Source of the DNA: Gammaproteobacteria bacterium
GTDB taxonomy: Bacteria > Pseudomonadota > Gammaproteobacteria > SKWO01
NCBI GenBank assembly: GCA_007128895.1
Contig: SKWO01000001.1
Location: forward strand, 4,477 to 68,476
Length of the DNA: 64,000 bases
Direction: 5' to 3'
This document shows positions 35,385 through 49,272 of the stretch, one piece after another. Within the stretch, counting starts at the first letter, position 1, and every line of letters begins with the position of its first letter. Made by a program: the position numbers and the translations under genes. Under the pieces are notes generated by a model. It was not told where the DNA came from and ran no database searches. It saw only the letters and a list, made by a program, of their open reading frames with translations.

Positions 35385-36485
35385 ATGAACTTTACCATCA
35401 GGCGTGACGAGCTCTTCCGTCCCTTGCAAATGGTCGCCAATGTCGTTGAGCGGCGTCAGACGCTCCCGATACTCTCCAATATTCTGCTGCATCTCGAGAA
35501 CAATCGCTTGACGCTGACCGGGACGGATCTAGAAGTCCAGATGATTGCTTCGGTCCAAGTTGAGGATGGAGTCGATGGTTCGGTTACGGTCTCGGCGCGC
35601 AAGTTCATGGATATCTGTCGTGCGCTACCGGATGAAAGCACGGTCTCCGTGCAACTGACGGATGACCGTTTTCTGGTCCGATCCGGATCGAGTCGTTACA
35701 CGTTGGCTACCTTGCCGTCGTCCGAGTTTCCTTCCCTCGATGAACTGACGGAGCCTTATGAGCTCACCGTGCCCGGCAGCGCCTTACGCTCACTCATTCA
35801 GCGAACCAGCTTCTCCATGGCCCAGCAGGACGTCCGTTACTATCTGAACGGATTGCTCGTTGAGCTGGATAATCGCAATCTTCGGGCGGTCGCTACTGAC
35901 GGGCATCGGTTAGCCTACAGTGAAGCCGTCCTCGAACATGACACGGCAGAGCATCGCCAAGTCATCGTACCGCGCAAAGGCGTCATCGAATTGCAACGGC
36001 TACTGGACGACAGTCAGGAACCGGTCACGCTGCAGATTGGCAACAGCCACTTGCGCGCCTCCTTCGGTTCTCTGGTCTTTACCACCAAACTGGTTGACGG
36101 TCGCTTCCCTGATTATCGACGGGTGATTCCTACCGGTGGAGACAAGGTGCTCGCACTTGATCGCGATTCAGTCCGTCAGGCTTTTCTACGAGCATCAGTA
36201 CTCTCGAATGAAAAGTTTCGTGGCGTACGGATCGATTTGTCCGATCAGGGTATGCGGATCTCTATGCATAATCCTGAGCATGAAGAGGCCGAGGAGCGTG
36301 TCAGTTGTGCCTATACCGCCGAGCCATTCCATATCGGTTTCAATGTCCAGTACATCCTCGATGCACTCGGGGTGATCGAGAGCCCAGAGGTTCACATGAT
36401 CTTTTCGGATCCAAACAGCAGCTGCTTGATCGAACCGGCGGGAGATGTTCATTCGCGCTACGTCGTCATGCCCATGCGACTTTGA
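35385..36485 (+). CDS. dnaN: DNA polymerase III beta sliding clamp
   Basis: 366 aa with the canonical N-terminus (MNFTIRRDELFRPLQMVANVVERRQTLPILSNILL) and three clamp domains. Confidence 0.95.
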   Translation: MNFTIRRDELFRPLQMVANVVERRQTLPILSNILLHLENNRLTLTGTDLEVQMIASVQVEDGVDGSVTVSARKFMDICRALPDESTVSVQLTDDRFLVRSGSSRYTLATLPSSEFPSLDELTEPYELTVPGSALRSLIQRTSFSMAQQDVRYYLNGLLVELDNRNLRAVATDGHRLAYSEAVLEHDTAEHRQVIVPRKGVIELQRLLDDSQEPVTLQIGNSHLRASFGSLVFTTKLVDGRFPDYRRVIPTGGDKVLALDRDSVRQAFLRASVLSNEKFRGVRIDLSDQGMRISMHNPEHEEAEERVSCAYTAEPFHIGFNVQYILDALGVIESPEVHMIFSDPNSSCLIEPAGDVHSRYVVMPMRL

Positions 36486-36494
36486 TCCGAGTGA

Positions 36495-39981
<3,487 letters not shown>

Positions 39982-40815
39982 TCAGCGCGGCGATCGGTAA
40001 CCACGGCAAGGCAAGCGAATGAAGGTCGGCTCACAGCTGTCCAGTCGCGCAGCTGTGAGCGAACCTCCCCATAGACAGCCGGTATCAAGGGCGATCAAAT
40101 CGGCTCGGTGAAGCAGGCCAAGCGTCGACCAGTGGCCAAAGACGATACGCTGATGGCGGTTTGCCCGTGTGGTTAGATCAAACCATGGCAACAGCCCGGA
40201 CGGCTGAGAGCCGGGCTGACCTTTGAACTTGAGTGCCAACGACCCGTCAGAATGGCAGTATCGCATCCGTGTCAGGGCATTGATGGTAAAACGAATCAAT
40301 GCTTCCTGAGACATCTGTGCCTCCCAGCGCACCGGCTCATTGCCATACATGACACGCAGTAACTCAACCCAGCCTTCCCCGCGCAAGCCACTGTGCACTA
40401 CGGCGGCATGGCTAAGCGCATCATCGATGGACCACTGAGGCGGAAGCCCGGCATGTACCAGTGTCGTGGCAATGGCCGCATCGTAATGGATCAAGGGACG
40501 ATGGCGCAGCCAGTCAATGAGCTCCGCCGCATCAGCTGCTGCAAGGACATCGTCGAAGGTGTCACTGCGTCGCTTGAGTGGGCGAATGCCTTGTGAAACG
40601 GCTAGCAGATGGAGGTCATGGTTGCCTAATACAGCAACGGCGGCAGTACCGAGATCACGCACCAGACGGAGCACCTCAAGCGATGCCGGGCCACGGTTGA
40701 CCAGATCACCGCAGAGCCAAAGTGTGTCATGTTCAGGCTGGAAGTCGATACGGTCGATCAGACGACAGAGTTCATCGTAACAACCTTGAACATCGCCAAC
40801 GGCGTAGATGGCCAT
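39982..40815 (-). CDS. apaH: Bis(5'-nucleosyl)-tetraphosphatase (symmetrical)
   Basis: 277 aa with the metallophosphatase motifs (GDVQGC...GDLVNRG...GNHD). Its stop abuts the gyrB stop (TGATCA), with no intergenic space. Confidence 0.9.
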   Translation of the reverse strand: MAIYAVGDVQGCYDELCRLIDRIDFQPEHDTLWLCGDLVNRGPASLEVLRLVRDLGTAAVAVLGNHDLHLLAVSQGIRPLKRRSDTFDDVLAAADAAELIDWLRHRPLIHYDAAIATTLVHAGLPPQWSIDDALSHAAVVHSGLRGEGWVELLRVMYGNEPVRWEAQMSQEALIRFTINALTRMRYCHSDGSLALKFKGQPGSQPSGLLPWFDLTTRANRHQRIVFGHWSTLGLLHRADLIALDTGCLWGGSLTAARLDSCEPTFIRLPCRGYRSPR

Positions 40816-40817
40816 GA

Positions 40818-41210
40818 TTAGTGGAGTATGTGAGGAATGGAGAGTCGGAAAGGGGCGATCGGCGCTGAAAAATCGACGCCGTCACCGGTACGCAACTGAT
40901 ATTCACCGTGCATGCTGCCGACCGGGGTCTCGATGACGGCGCCACTGGTGTATTGAAAGCGCTCACCAGGGCGCAGATACGGCTGAACACCAACCACCCC
41001 GTCACCCCGCACTTCCTGTACATGACCATTGGAATCCGTGATGACCCAGTGGCGAGACAAGAGTTGAGCGGTCACAGGACCGCGGTTTTCGATGGTGATG
41101 GAATAGCTGAAAACATAGCGGCGCTGCTCGGGTGCAGACTGTGCAGCGATGTATTGGGTAACGACGTGGATCGCGATCGGGCGCTCAACGTCTGAATGTA
41201 ATTCGGTCAT
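40818..41210 (-). CDS. apaG: ApaG (DUF525) protein
   Basis: 130 aa with the ApaG pattern (VFSYSITIENRG...QLLSRHWVITDSNGHVQEVRGDGVVGVQP). Trimmed to the Met at 41210; the track ORF extends further 5'. Confidence 0.85.
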   Translation of the reverse strand: MTELHSDVERPIAIHVVTQYIAAQSAPEQRRYVFSYSITIENRGPVTAQLLSRHWVITDSNGHVQEVRGDGVVGVQPYLRPGERFQYTSGAVIETPVGSMHGEYQLRTGDGVDFSAPIAPFRLSIPHILH

Positions 41211-41298
41211 CTCCACCTCCCTGTATGAGACATCCAACAGCTCTATTGTAGCGAAGACCGGAAAAATTGATCCGACCTGGCAATAGCGAAGCTCAGGA

Positions 41299-42369
41299 TC
41301 AGTGCTGTGCCAACTTGGCAGCTCGCTGCGTGCAACCAAGCAGACCTGCAGAGGGATCCATGATCAGATAGACAGGGAGGCGAGCCATCAGCGGGGCCAT
41401 GCGGCCTTTGGCATTGAAGGCAGTGAGAAAGGGCCCGGAACGGAGCAGACTGGGGATACGTGCAGCGATACCACCAGCAATGTAGACACCGCCGGCAGGG
41501 AGGGTAAAGAGAGCGGCATTACCGGCATAGGCACCGTAGATACGTAGAAAGAGTTCAACGGCTCGGCTACAGACCGGATCATGACCATCAAGCGCCAGGC
41601 CAGTCGCAACAGCCGCTGGATCCTGATCGGCTTGCAGCGCGTCGAGTAAGGCAGGGCTGTCGGAGCCAGCCTGCTGTCGACAGAATGCAAGGATGGCAGC
41701 GAGTCCAGCGCCGGATAGGAGACGCTCACTGGAGACACGATCATGACGTTGCCACATGTACTGGAGCAGCGCGATCTCATCAGCGGAAGTAGGTGCAAAA
41801 TCGACATGGCCGCCCTCACCGGAGAGAATACGCCAATTCCCATGCCCGCCAGTGACGGCGTGCGCGAGGCCAAGGCCGGTACCGGCACCAACGATGAGGC
41901 GTGTGCCGCGGTCAGAGGGTGTACCTGGCTGCAGCGTCAACAGTTGATCAGCCGTGAGGTGGTCAATGGCGTAGGCTACGGCGGCAAAGTCATTGATCAG
42001 CTCAACACGAGGGATGGCCAAGGCCTTCGAAAGCTGGTCACTGTCTAGCCGCCAGCTGAGGTTGGTCAGTGAGGAGTGCTGGACATCGCCACAGTGTTCA
42101 ATCGGACCAGCGATCCCGAAACAGGCTGCCGTGATGGAGGGCGAGTGACACGACTGCAGAAAGTGACGAACCAAGGGCTCCAAGCCGGGCCAATCGGCAC
42201 TGGCGTAACGTTTGGAATAAACCGTTTCGAGTGTCACACCGTGAGCAGTACGAACGAGCCGCGATAAGGCCAGCAAGCACTTGGTGCCACCGATATCACC
42301 AGAGAGCAGATGTACCGGACGACTCAAGACGGGAGCTCCGAGGCTGCAGGTTGATCGAGATACCAGCAA
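41299..42369 (-). CDS. glk: Glucokinase
   Basis: The Glk family N-terminus LSGDIGGTKCLLAL resembles E. coli LVGDVGGTNARLAL, followed by ROK-like sugar kinase motifs. The annotated 5' end overlaps pgl by 46 nt, so the true start is probably an internal GTG near 42318. Confidence 0.7.
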   Translation of the reverse strand: MLVSRSTCSLGAPVLSRPVHLLSGDIGGTKCLLALSRLVRTAHGVTLETVYSKRYASADWPGLEPLVRHFLQSCHSPSITAACFGIAGPIEHCGDVQHSSLTNLSWRLDSDQLSKALAIPRVELINDFAAVAYAIDHLTADQLLTLQPGTPSDRGTRLIVGAGTGLGLAHAVTGGHGNWRILSGEGGHVDFAPTSADEIALLQYMWQRHDRVSSERLLSGAGLAAILAFCRQQAGSDSPALLDALQADQDPAAVATGLALDGHDPVCSRAVELFLRIYGAYAGNAALFTLPAGGVYIAGGIAARIPSLLRSGPFLTAFNAKGRMAPLMARLPVYLIMDPSAGLLGCTQRAAKLAQH

Positions 42370-43055
42370 AGCTCACCTGCCGGCGCAATGTGGGCAGCAG
42401 GAAAGCGTGTATTGATAGCCGAAGGGCCCAGCAATTGAGCGACGACCGGAGCCTTCTCAGCCCCTGTGACCAAAAAGTAGACCGCCCGACCGGCATTGAT
42501 GAGAGGGTAGGTAAAGGTGATGCGTGCACGTGCAAGCTGAGGGCTAGCAACAGCACTGACCAGCCGTTCGCGCTCATGTAGGACAGCGGTGTCAGGAAAG
42601 AGGGAAGCCGTGTGGCCATCCATACCCAAACCGAGCAAGATGATGTCGAAGCGGGGTATATGCTGCGAAGCAGGCAGATGCGCGAGCAGGCGTCGTTGAT
42701 AATCGACAGCTGCCGCTTCGGCGCCGAGCTCAGTGCGCACTCGATGGAGCGGCGGGGCGTTGCTGCCCATCCGATCGATCAGGCTGGACTGAACCATACG
42801 GTAATTGCTTTCGGCATGATCAGCAGGCACACAACGCTCATCACCTAGCCAGAGCTGTATGGCTGGCCACTGGAAGCGGACGGACCACTCGGTACTGGCT
42901 AGAAGGCGATACAGTTGCTCAGGGGTGCTGCCACCGGAGAGGGCGATGTGACAGACACCGCGTTGCTGGACCGCATCAGCCGCACGAGCTACCAGTACAT
43001 CGGCGAGGGCGGCGACGGTTCCGGCAGGATCGGTCTGGATGACATGCGCAGCCAT
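42324..43055 (-). CDS. pgl: 6-phosphogluconolactonase
   Basis: 243 aa of the DevB/Pgl family (CHIALSGGSTPEQLYRLLAS...ILLGLGMDGHTASLFP). Confidence 0.75.
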   Translation of the reverse strand: MAAHVIQTDPAGTVAALADVLVARAADAVQQRGVCHIALSGGSTPEQLYRLLASTEWSVRFQWPAIQLWLGDERCVPADHAESNYRMVQSSLIDRMGSNAPPLHRVRTELGAEAAAVDYQRRLLAHLPASQHIPRFDIILLGLGMDGHTASLFPDTAVLHERERLVSAVASPQLARARITFTYPLINAGRAVYFLVTGAEKAPVVAQLLGPSAINTRFPAAHIAPAGELCWYLDQPAASELPS

Positions 43056-43056
43056 G

Positions 43057-43353
43057 CTAGTCAGTTTGAGAATAGGTATCGGGACGCTTGTCTCGATGGC
43101 GGGTCAGGTGGTCAAAGGCGTGACGAACAGCCTGTTCAATGGCCTGATCCATTTCATCACGCTCCTGTACCGTCAGGTAAAAACTGGTGTCGACGTGGTG
43201 ACGGACATAGCGGGATGGGAGCTGGTTGAGTGCCAGACAGGCGGCGTCTTCCAAAAGCTCGTGATCGGGCATCTGCTGAAATCGATCGTGCGCATGACGG
43301 CGAATTGCACTGAAGACCAGCGGTTCATAGTAATTGGAGATCTCGTAGGCCAT
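43057..43353 (-). CDS. ComFB-family small protein (cysteine-less variant)
   Basis: 98 aa whose central AACLALNQLPSRYV resembles the ComFB 'ALNrLPPkYV' signature, but it lacks the Cys cluster of Bacillus ComFB. Confidence 0.45.
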   Translation of the reverse strand: MAYEISNYYEPLVFSAIRRHAHDRFQQMPDHELLEDAACLALNQLPSRYVRHHVDTSFYLTVQERDEMDQAIEQAVRHAFDHLTRHRDKRPDTYSQTD

Positions 43354-43362
43354 GATCGTGTC

Positions 43363-43875
43363 CTATGGGCGCAGGCGCCAAAGCGGTCTGTCGGATGTAT
43401 CGATCAGCCCCTCACGCAGTAACCAGTCACGTGCGTCAGCGGCGTCGTGGAGAAACCACTCGCGGGCGGACCCCAGTCTGAAAGTGTAACCCCAGCAATC
43501 CATATCTGCCAGCATGCGATCACGTCCCATGTCTGGGATGTACTCGGAGAGGAGTATCTGCAGGTAGCACACGGCGTCTTCCTCGGCGTAGTCACCACCC
43601 GAATCGGTATCGAGCGCATGGCGGCGACCACTATCCATACAGATGACGTGACAGAGCTCATGCAACATCGAGTGAACCGGCGTGTCAGCGCGAACAAAGA
43701 GCGCCAAACCGATGATACCGGCCTCGGCATCGCCCCAATAGCTGCCGGGAATAGCGGCCTCATCAGCCACCCACTGTAGCGTGAGACCATAACGTGTGAC
43801 CAGCTCGGCCGTAGAGCTGACCTCAAGGTCGCGACAGCGCAGGACGGGAAGGGTGGCACCAAAAGGAGCAGTCAT
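43363..43875 (-). CDS. Hypothetical HExxH protein (putative zinc metallopeptidase-like; SprT/Wss1-like or unassigned)
   Basis: 170 aa. A single HELCH motif (SMLHELCHVICMDSG) is followed by acidic EED. Its start overlaps the rsmA stop by 4 nt (ATGA). No other recognisable family signatures. Confidence 0.35.
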   Translation of the reverse strand: MTAPFGATLPVLRCRDLEVSSTAELVTRYGLTLQWVADEAAIPGSYWGDAEAGIIGLALFVRADTPVHSMLHELCHVICMDSGRRHALDTDSGGDYAEEDAVCYLQILLSEYIPDMGRDRMLADMDCWGYTFRLGSAREWFLHDAADARDWLLREGLIDTSDRPLWRLRP

Positions 43876-44648
43876 GGGAGTTGTCGCGTCAGTTGAACAA
43901 AGTCGTCTAGCGAGAGACGCTCAACCCGCGCCAGCGGATCGACGCCGGCCGCACGAATCGCCGCTTCATCGAGCAGGTTGCGCAAACTGTTGCGCAGCGT
44001 TTTTCTGCGCTGGGAAAAGGCGGCGGTCACAACGCGCGCCAGGGCTTCTGACGTGACGGCATCCGAGGGCGGGTGAGCATGCGGAATCAGGCGTACCACG
44101 GCAGAATCGACCTTGGGAGCCGGGCGGAAGGCGCCCGGCCCGACGTCAAGCAGGTAGGTCGCAGAGACGTACCAGGCTGCCATCACTGAGAGTCGGCTCC
44201 AGCCTCGCTGACCAGGGCGCGCCACAAGGCGGTCGACCACCTCGCGCTGGAGCATGAAGTGCATGTCATCAATGACATCGTGCTGGGCAAAGAGGTGAAA
44301 GAGCAGCGGTGTCGAGATGTTGTAAGGTAGGTTTCCAACGACACGGAGGCGCCCACCACCGGCCAGCCGGGAGAAATCGAAACGCAGTGCGTCGGCCTGA
44401 TGGACGACCAGCTCACCTTGACCAGCCAGCGCAACAGGGAGATGGGCGGCCAGATCACGATCCAGCTCGATCACATCGAGCCGACCCGACGCCGCCAGTA
44501 GTGGGGCAGTCAGCGCGCCGAGCCCAGGTCCAATCTCGACCAGATGGTCGCCGGGCTGTGGTGCAATGGCGCGGACGATGCGCTGGATGACAGCCGGATC
44601 ATGCAGAAAATTCTGCCCGAAACGCTTACGTGCTCGATGCTCGATCAT
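43872..44648 (-). CDS. rsmA: 16S rRNA (adenine1518/1519-N6)-dimethyltransferase
   Basis: 258 aa beginning KRFGQNFLHD, with VEIGPGLGALT and the NLPYNIS motif. Confidence 0.9.
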   Translation of the reverse strand: MIEHRARKRFGQNFLHDPAVIQRIVRAIAPQPGDHLVEIGPGLGALTAPLLAASGRLDVIELDRDLAAHLPVALAGQGELVVHQADALRFDFSRLAGGGRLRVVGNLPYNISTPLLFHLFAQHDVIDDMHFMLQREVVDRLVARPGQRGWSRLSVMAAWYVSATYLLDVGPGAFRPAPKVDSAVVRLIPHAHPPSDAVTSEALARVVTAAFSQRRKTLRNSLRNLLDEAAIRAAGVDPLARVERLSLDDFVQLTRQLP

Positions 44649-45625
44649 GGCAGCAACACCAGAGCTTGGTCGACGGCGTATGCCAGGCTGGTGATTGAGG
44701 CACGGCCCGTGGCCGCCAGTGGCAGTGCGGTACCGTGGTCGACTGAAGTACGCAGGAAGGGAAGACCCAGCGTGATATTGGCAGCTTGGCCGAAGCAGCG
44801 GTGCTTGAGTACAGGAAGACCCTGGTCATGGTACATGGCTAGCACGGCGTCGTGCGCCTCGAGGCTGGCAGGGACAAAAGCGGTGTCGGCCGGTACTGGG
44901 CCGGTGAGGTGCAATCCTTCATGACGCAACTGTTCAAGGACCGGTGTGATGATCGTCAGCTCCTCGTGACCGAGGTGACCTGCCTCGCCGGCATGAGGGT
45001 TGAGGCCACAGACTAGGATGCGCGGTGCCATGAGAGCAAAGTGGCGACGCAGGGCCGAGTCGAGGATACGCAGGGTCGTTGTGAGGCGTTCGACGGTGAT
45101 CTGGCTGGCCACGGCACTCAGCGGGAGATGTGTCGTGACCAGCGCGACACGCAAAGTATGGCAGGCTAGCATCATGACCACCGATGCGACGTTACTGCGG
45201 GCGGCCAGATACTCAGTGTGGCCACTGAAAGGGATGCCGGCGTCGTTGATGACGCCCTTATGCAGAGGGCCGGTCACCAGGCCGCAAAAATCCCCACGGA
45301 GACAGCCATCCACGGCACGGTCGAGCGTGTTGAGGAGGTAGCCAGCGTTGGCTGGATCGGGTTGGCCCGGGGTGACCGGGTGCGGACAGGAAACGGGCTG
45401 TACCCAAAGCTGGCCGGGTCGGAAAGCGACCGTGGCCTCTGGGCCTGGCCATTCGCGCAGATTGACCGTCAGTCCAAGCTGGTTGGCGCGTGCTTCTAGC
45501 AGGCAAGGATCGGCAATGGCGACCAACGGTCGTGGCGAGTGGCTCGCCGTCAGTTGAAGCAGCAAATCCGGTCCGATACCGGCGGGTTCACCCGGGGTGA
45601 TGGCAAGAGGACGGGTGGCACTCAC
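44645..45625 (-). CDS. pdxA: 4-hydroxythreonine-4-phosphate dehydrogenase
   Basis: 326-aa PdxA family (ITPGEPAGIGPDL...GLNPHAGE...). It overlaps rsmA by 4 nt. Confidence 0.9.
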   Translation of the reverse strand: MSATRPLAITPGEPAGIGPDLLLQLTASHSPRPLVAIADPCLLEARANQLGLTVNLREWPGPEATVAFRPGQLWVQPVSCPHPVTPGQPDPANAGYLLNTLDRAVDGCLRGDFCGLVTGPLHKGVINDAGIPFSGHTEYLAARSNVASVVMMLACHTLRVALVTTHLPLSAVASQITVERLTTTLRILDSALRRHFALMAPRILVCGLNPHAGEAGHLGHEELTIITPVLEQLRHEGLHLTGPVPADTAFVPASLEAHDAVLAMYHDQGLPVLKHRCFGQAANITLGLPFLRTSVDHGTALPLAATGRASITSLAYAVDQALVLLP

Positions 45626-45631
45626 CGGCCA

Positions 45632-46948
45632 TCAAGACCCTTCGAGACGAAATTCGACAAAGGCTTCGTCACGCAGTCGGCGCAGCCACTGTTCCAGGGT
45701 CTCCTCCATCTTGCGCTGACGAACGGCACGGCGTGCCTCGTTGCGCAGAAAGGCCGTGCTGTCGTCGCGCGTACGACGGTCGATGACCTGCACGATGTGC
45801 CAACCGAAACCGGTGGCAAAGGGCTCACTGATTTCACCGGGTTGGAGCTGGTTCATCTGTTCTTCGAACTGGGGTACCAGCTCACCCGGGTTGACCCAGC
45901 CAAGGTCACCCCCCTCGGCGGCTGAACCGCGGTCATCGGAGTGGACGCGGGCCAGTGCGGCGAAGTCATCACCCAGAAGGATGCGCTGACGCAGATCACT
46001 CAGGCGCCGCGCGATCTCCGACTCATCGGTCAGTGACCCCTCACGCAACAAGATGTGACGGGCGCGGGTCTGGGTCACCCGATAGGTGGGTTGGTCTGGG
46101 CGACGAACTTCAGCCAGATGGATGATATGGATACCGCCATCGGTCGTGATCAGCTCACTGACTTCACCCGCCTGCATGGTGCGAACCCGGTCAGCAAAGA
46201 GGGTTGGCAGTTGGCCAGCCTCGCGCCAGCCGAGATCACCGCCTTGCACAGCCTGAGGCCCGTCCGAGTGCTCCCGTGCGAGCTGTGCGAAATCGGCGCC
46301 CTCACGCAGCGCTGCCAAGAGTCCGGCAGCACGTTCACGCACCTGACGGCGCTCGGCGGCAGAGGCCCCTTCCGGGATGGCGATGACGATGTGCTCGACC
46401 CGGTATTCACCGGCTTCATCCAGCACGCCGGAGAGCCCTTCGATGTAGTTGGCGATCTCGCGTTCAGTGACCTGGATCTGGCTCTCGACCTCGCTCTGAC
46501 GCAGCCGGTTCATCAGGATTTCGTCACGGATCTGCTCACGGAAGCGGCCGAAATCGATCCCGTCACGCTCCAGGACCGAACGAAACTCGACCAGGGTGAG
46601 GTTGTTCTGCTGCGCCAGGTCGGCCAGCACCTCGTTGAGCAGTGCGTCATCAACGCGCAGGCCGATCTGGGCCGCCCGTTGCAGCTGAATGCGTTCCAGC
46701 GCCATGCGTTCGAGGATTTGGCGGCGGACCAGATCGGCCGGCGGCAGCGAGCCGCCCTGCTGGCGCAGCTGGTCGACCACTTCACGGACCCGCTCGTCGA
46801 GTTCGCTCTGCATGATGATGTCGTCATTGACGATCGCGACGATGCGATCGACATCGACAATACGCTCGGCGATGGCCGGGGTAGCAGCACCGAGCAGCCA
46901 CAGGGCAGCCAGCAGCGAGGGTAGCAGGAGTCGTTTCAGTATCGGCAT
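45632..46948 (-). CDS. surA: Periplasmic chaperone / peptidyl-prolyl isomerase SurA
   Basis: 438 aa with a signal peptide, the SurA N-domain (IVAIVNDDIIMQSELDERV) and two parvulin-like domains. Confidence 0.85.
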   Translation of the reverse strand: MPILKRLLLPSLLAALWLLGAATPAIAERIVDVDRIVAIVNDDIIMQSELDERVREVVDQLRQQGGSLPPADLVRRQILERMALERIQLQRAAQIGLRVDDALLNEVLADLAQQNNLTLVEFRSVLERDGIDFGRFREQIRDEILMNRLRQSEVESQIQVTEREIANYIEGLSGVLDEAGEYRVEHIVIAIPEGASAAERRQVRERAAGLLAALREGADFAQLAREHSDGPQAVQGGDLGWREAGQLPTLFADRVRTMQAGEVSELITTDGGIHIIHLAEVRRPDQPTYRVTQTRARHILLREGSLTDESEIARRLSDLRQRILLGDDFAALARVHSDDRGSAAEGGDLGWVNPGELVPQFEEQMNQLQPGEISEPFATGFGWHIVQVIDRRTRDDSTAFLRNEARRAVRQRKMEETLEQWLRRLRDEAFVEFRLEGS

Positions 46949-46950
46949 GG

Positions 46951-49272
46951 CTAGCGTCCAACCAGATCAAGCAGTTCGTCTATGTTACTACGTTGCCCGA
47001 TCGATGACAGTCCCTTGAGCTCAAAGACCAGCATGACGGCGTTGTCGTAGCGCGTCGAGTCACGACCGGGGAGGTAGCGCCGCAGGGCTGCCTGTACGCC
47101 CCAGCAGCAGCTGTCATAACGTACACCGGCGAAGCTGTCGAGCGTCCGGTTGTCGTGGAAGGAGTAGTTCCAGCGGGCAAAGAGAGCCGTCTGATGGCTG
47201 ACCGGCCAGGTGAAGCCGATGTCGCCCTGCTCGCGCGCGTCACGGGTGTAGCGCCAGGTGGCGTAGATACGGCGCATGCCGTCCGCACGGTAGCGCAGGC
47301 GCATCGCCGCTTCATTGAAACGGCTCTCGTCCGGGTCATAGCGGCCGAAGAGGCTGCCGTCGACGGTCTCGCTGAACTGAGCGTCGGTCTGGCCCAGGAC
47401 GTCCGACCAGCGACGCCGATCACGAACCACGCCATCCAGCCGAACGCGACGGTCGGAGAAGTGACGGATCTGGCCAACCGTCGCAGAGAGGCGCTGAACA
47501 CCGGTCTCCGGTTCCAGCAGGCGTGTCGTGACAGCGAGGGTTACCTGGTTGGCGTCACCGACCCGGTCGCGGCCAATGAAACGGTTCTCGCTGAAGAGGG
47601 CACCGGTGCCGAAGCTGCGCTCGCCGGTATCGAAGTTGGGCAGGTCATGCTGAGCACGATACGGGGCGTGCAGGTAGAAGAGGCGCGGCTCGAGGGTGTG
47701 CAGGTAATCGCGACCGGCCAATCGGGTATCGCGCTCGAAGAAGAGACCGCTGTCGAGGCTGGCCACTGGAACGGTACGGTTGGGGCTTGAGCCGAGACCG
47801 GCTGCCTGGTTGTTCAGCTGGTAGCGGCTGTGGTAGACCGTCAGGCGTGGCACGATGAAGCCGGAGACGCCGCGCACCGGCCACGAGATCCCGGCGCGCA
47901 GGTCGAGACGATCGCCATCGATGCGGCCACCCTCGCTGTGCTCGAAACGGGTGAACTCGCTGTCTAGGTGGTAGTTGAGTTCGCGATTACGCTCCGGGTG
48001 GCGATTGCGGACCCGAAGCTGGGGTAGCCGCCGGTACGGCTCCTCGGCGTTGTGCACGGTCTGATGGCGCTGCACCAGACCGGTGACCGACCAATCGCTC
48101 AGACCGCTCCAGGCCAGGGTGGCCTGCTGAGGCAGGTGGCGGCTGCTACCGCGCTGGCCTCCGCCGAAATCGTCGAGGTGGTCGTCGTCCCGTACCCGGT
48201 TATAGAGCAGGCTGTAGCGCAGATCGTCGCCCAAGTGGCCGCGGTGATCGACCATGCCGCGCTCGCGACGGCTGCCATGCTGGCGGTCGTGGGGCAGTAG
48301 GTCGTACTCGACGATGCCGTGGCTGCTCGGGTTGAGATAGCGAAACTCGTTGCGCAGCATCAACCCGCGTCGCCCATAAAGGTGGGGGGTGATGGTGGCA
48401 TCACGGTGCGGGGCGATGTTCCAGTAATAGGGGGTGGCCAGCTCGAAGCCGTGGCGATCGGAGCTGCCCCAGCTCGGGGCGAGAAAACCGGAGAGCCGCT
48501 CGCTGCCCAGTGGGAAACGCAGATAGGGGGTCCAGGCCACCGGCGTATCCTTGATGCGCAGGGTCGCATTGCGCGCCACGCCTTGGCGGCGTTCGTGGTC
48601 GAGATCGATGCGCGAGGCGTGGATCGACCAGGTGCGGCTATGCGGCTGGCAGGTCGAGTAACCGGCCTGCTCCAGCGATTGGCGGTCGGCGTCGTGGAAG
48701 ACGACACGCTCGGCGCGACCGAAGGCGTGGGCGTCGCGCAGATGCCAGTTGGCCGGGCTGATCTCACCACGGTTTTCCGGCAAGACCAGTACGGCGCGTT
48801 GGCCATCGATATGGAGGGGTCCCGACTGGTAGTGGACTGTGCCGGTAGCGATGGCCGTTTCGCTGCGTCGGTCGTAGTCGATCCGGTCGGCCGCGACATA
48901 GCGGCCATCGCGATGCATCCGAACGTTGCCTTCGAGCCGCACCGTCGCTTCATCGGCCAGCGCCGTCTCACTCTCACCGGTCAGCTCACCCCGTGCGATC
49001 GGCAGCGGCGGGTCAGGCTCAATGAAGTAGAAGCTATAGGCTGGACAGGCGGCCCAGGCCCCCTCCGGGGCCACCTCGACCCAGCGGCCGGGCTGGAGAT
49101 CGGCCGCGGCCGAGAGCGGTGAGAGCAGCCCGGCACAGCACAGTGCGAGCAGACGAGGCCGAAAGGGCGGGCGCTTGCCAGGTAGCAGACACGGCTGCTC
49201 GGAGTCTCTGGGGTGAAAACAGCCGCGGGCAGAGGAGGACATGGCGTTATCGCTCGAGCTGGCTGACGTCAC
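46951..49272 (-). CDS. lptD: LPS-assembly outer membrane protein LptD
   Basis: About 773 aa with a long signal peptide, a beta-jellyroll N-domain and a large C-terminal barrel ending in aromatic-rich strands. The 5' end may be the Met at 49242 rather than 49272, which overlaps ilvD. Confidence 0.85.
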   Translation of the reverse strand: MTSASSSDNAMSSSARGCFHPRDSEQPCLLPGKRPPFRPRLLALCCAGLLSPLSAAADLQPGRWVEVAPEGAWAACPAYSFYFIEPDPPLPIARGELTGESETALADEATVRLEGNVRMHRDGRYVAADRIDYDRRSETAIATGTVHYQSGPLHIDGQRAVLVLPENRGEISPANWHLRDAHAFGRAERVVFHDADRQSLEQAGYSTCQPHSRTWSIHASRIDLDHERRQGVARNATLRIKDTPVAWTPYLRFPLGSERLSGFLAPSWGSSDRHGFELATPYYWNIAPHRDATITPHLYGRRGLMLRNEFRYLNPSSHGIVEYDLLPHDRQHGSRRERGMVDHRGHLGDDLRYSLLYNRVRDDDHLDDFGGGQRGSSRHLPQQATLAWSGLSDWSVTGLVQRHQTVHNAEEPYRRLPQLRVRNRHPERNRELNYHLDSEFTRFEHSEGGRIDGDRLDLRAGISWPVRGVSGFIVPRLTVYHSRYQLNNQAAGLGSSPNRTVPVASLDSGLFFERDTRLAGRDYLHTLEPRLFYLHAPYRAQHDLPNFDTGERSFGTGALFSENRFIGRDRVGDANQVTLAVTTRLLEPETGVQRLSATVGQIRHFSDRRVRLDGVVRDRRRWSDVLGQTDAQFSETVDGSLFGRYDPDESRFNEAAMRLRYRADGMRRIYATWRYTRDAREQGDIGFTWPVSHQTALFARWNYSFHDNRTLDSFAGVRYDSCCWGVQAALRRYLPGRDSTRYDNAVMLVFELKGLSSIGQRSNIDELLDLVGR

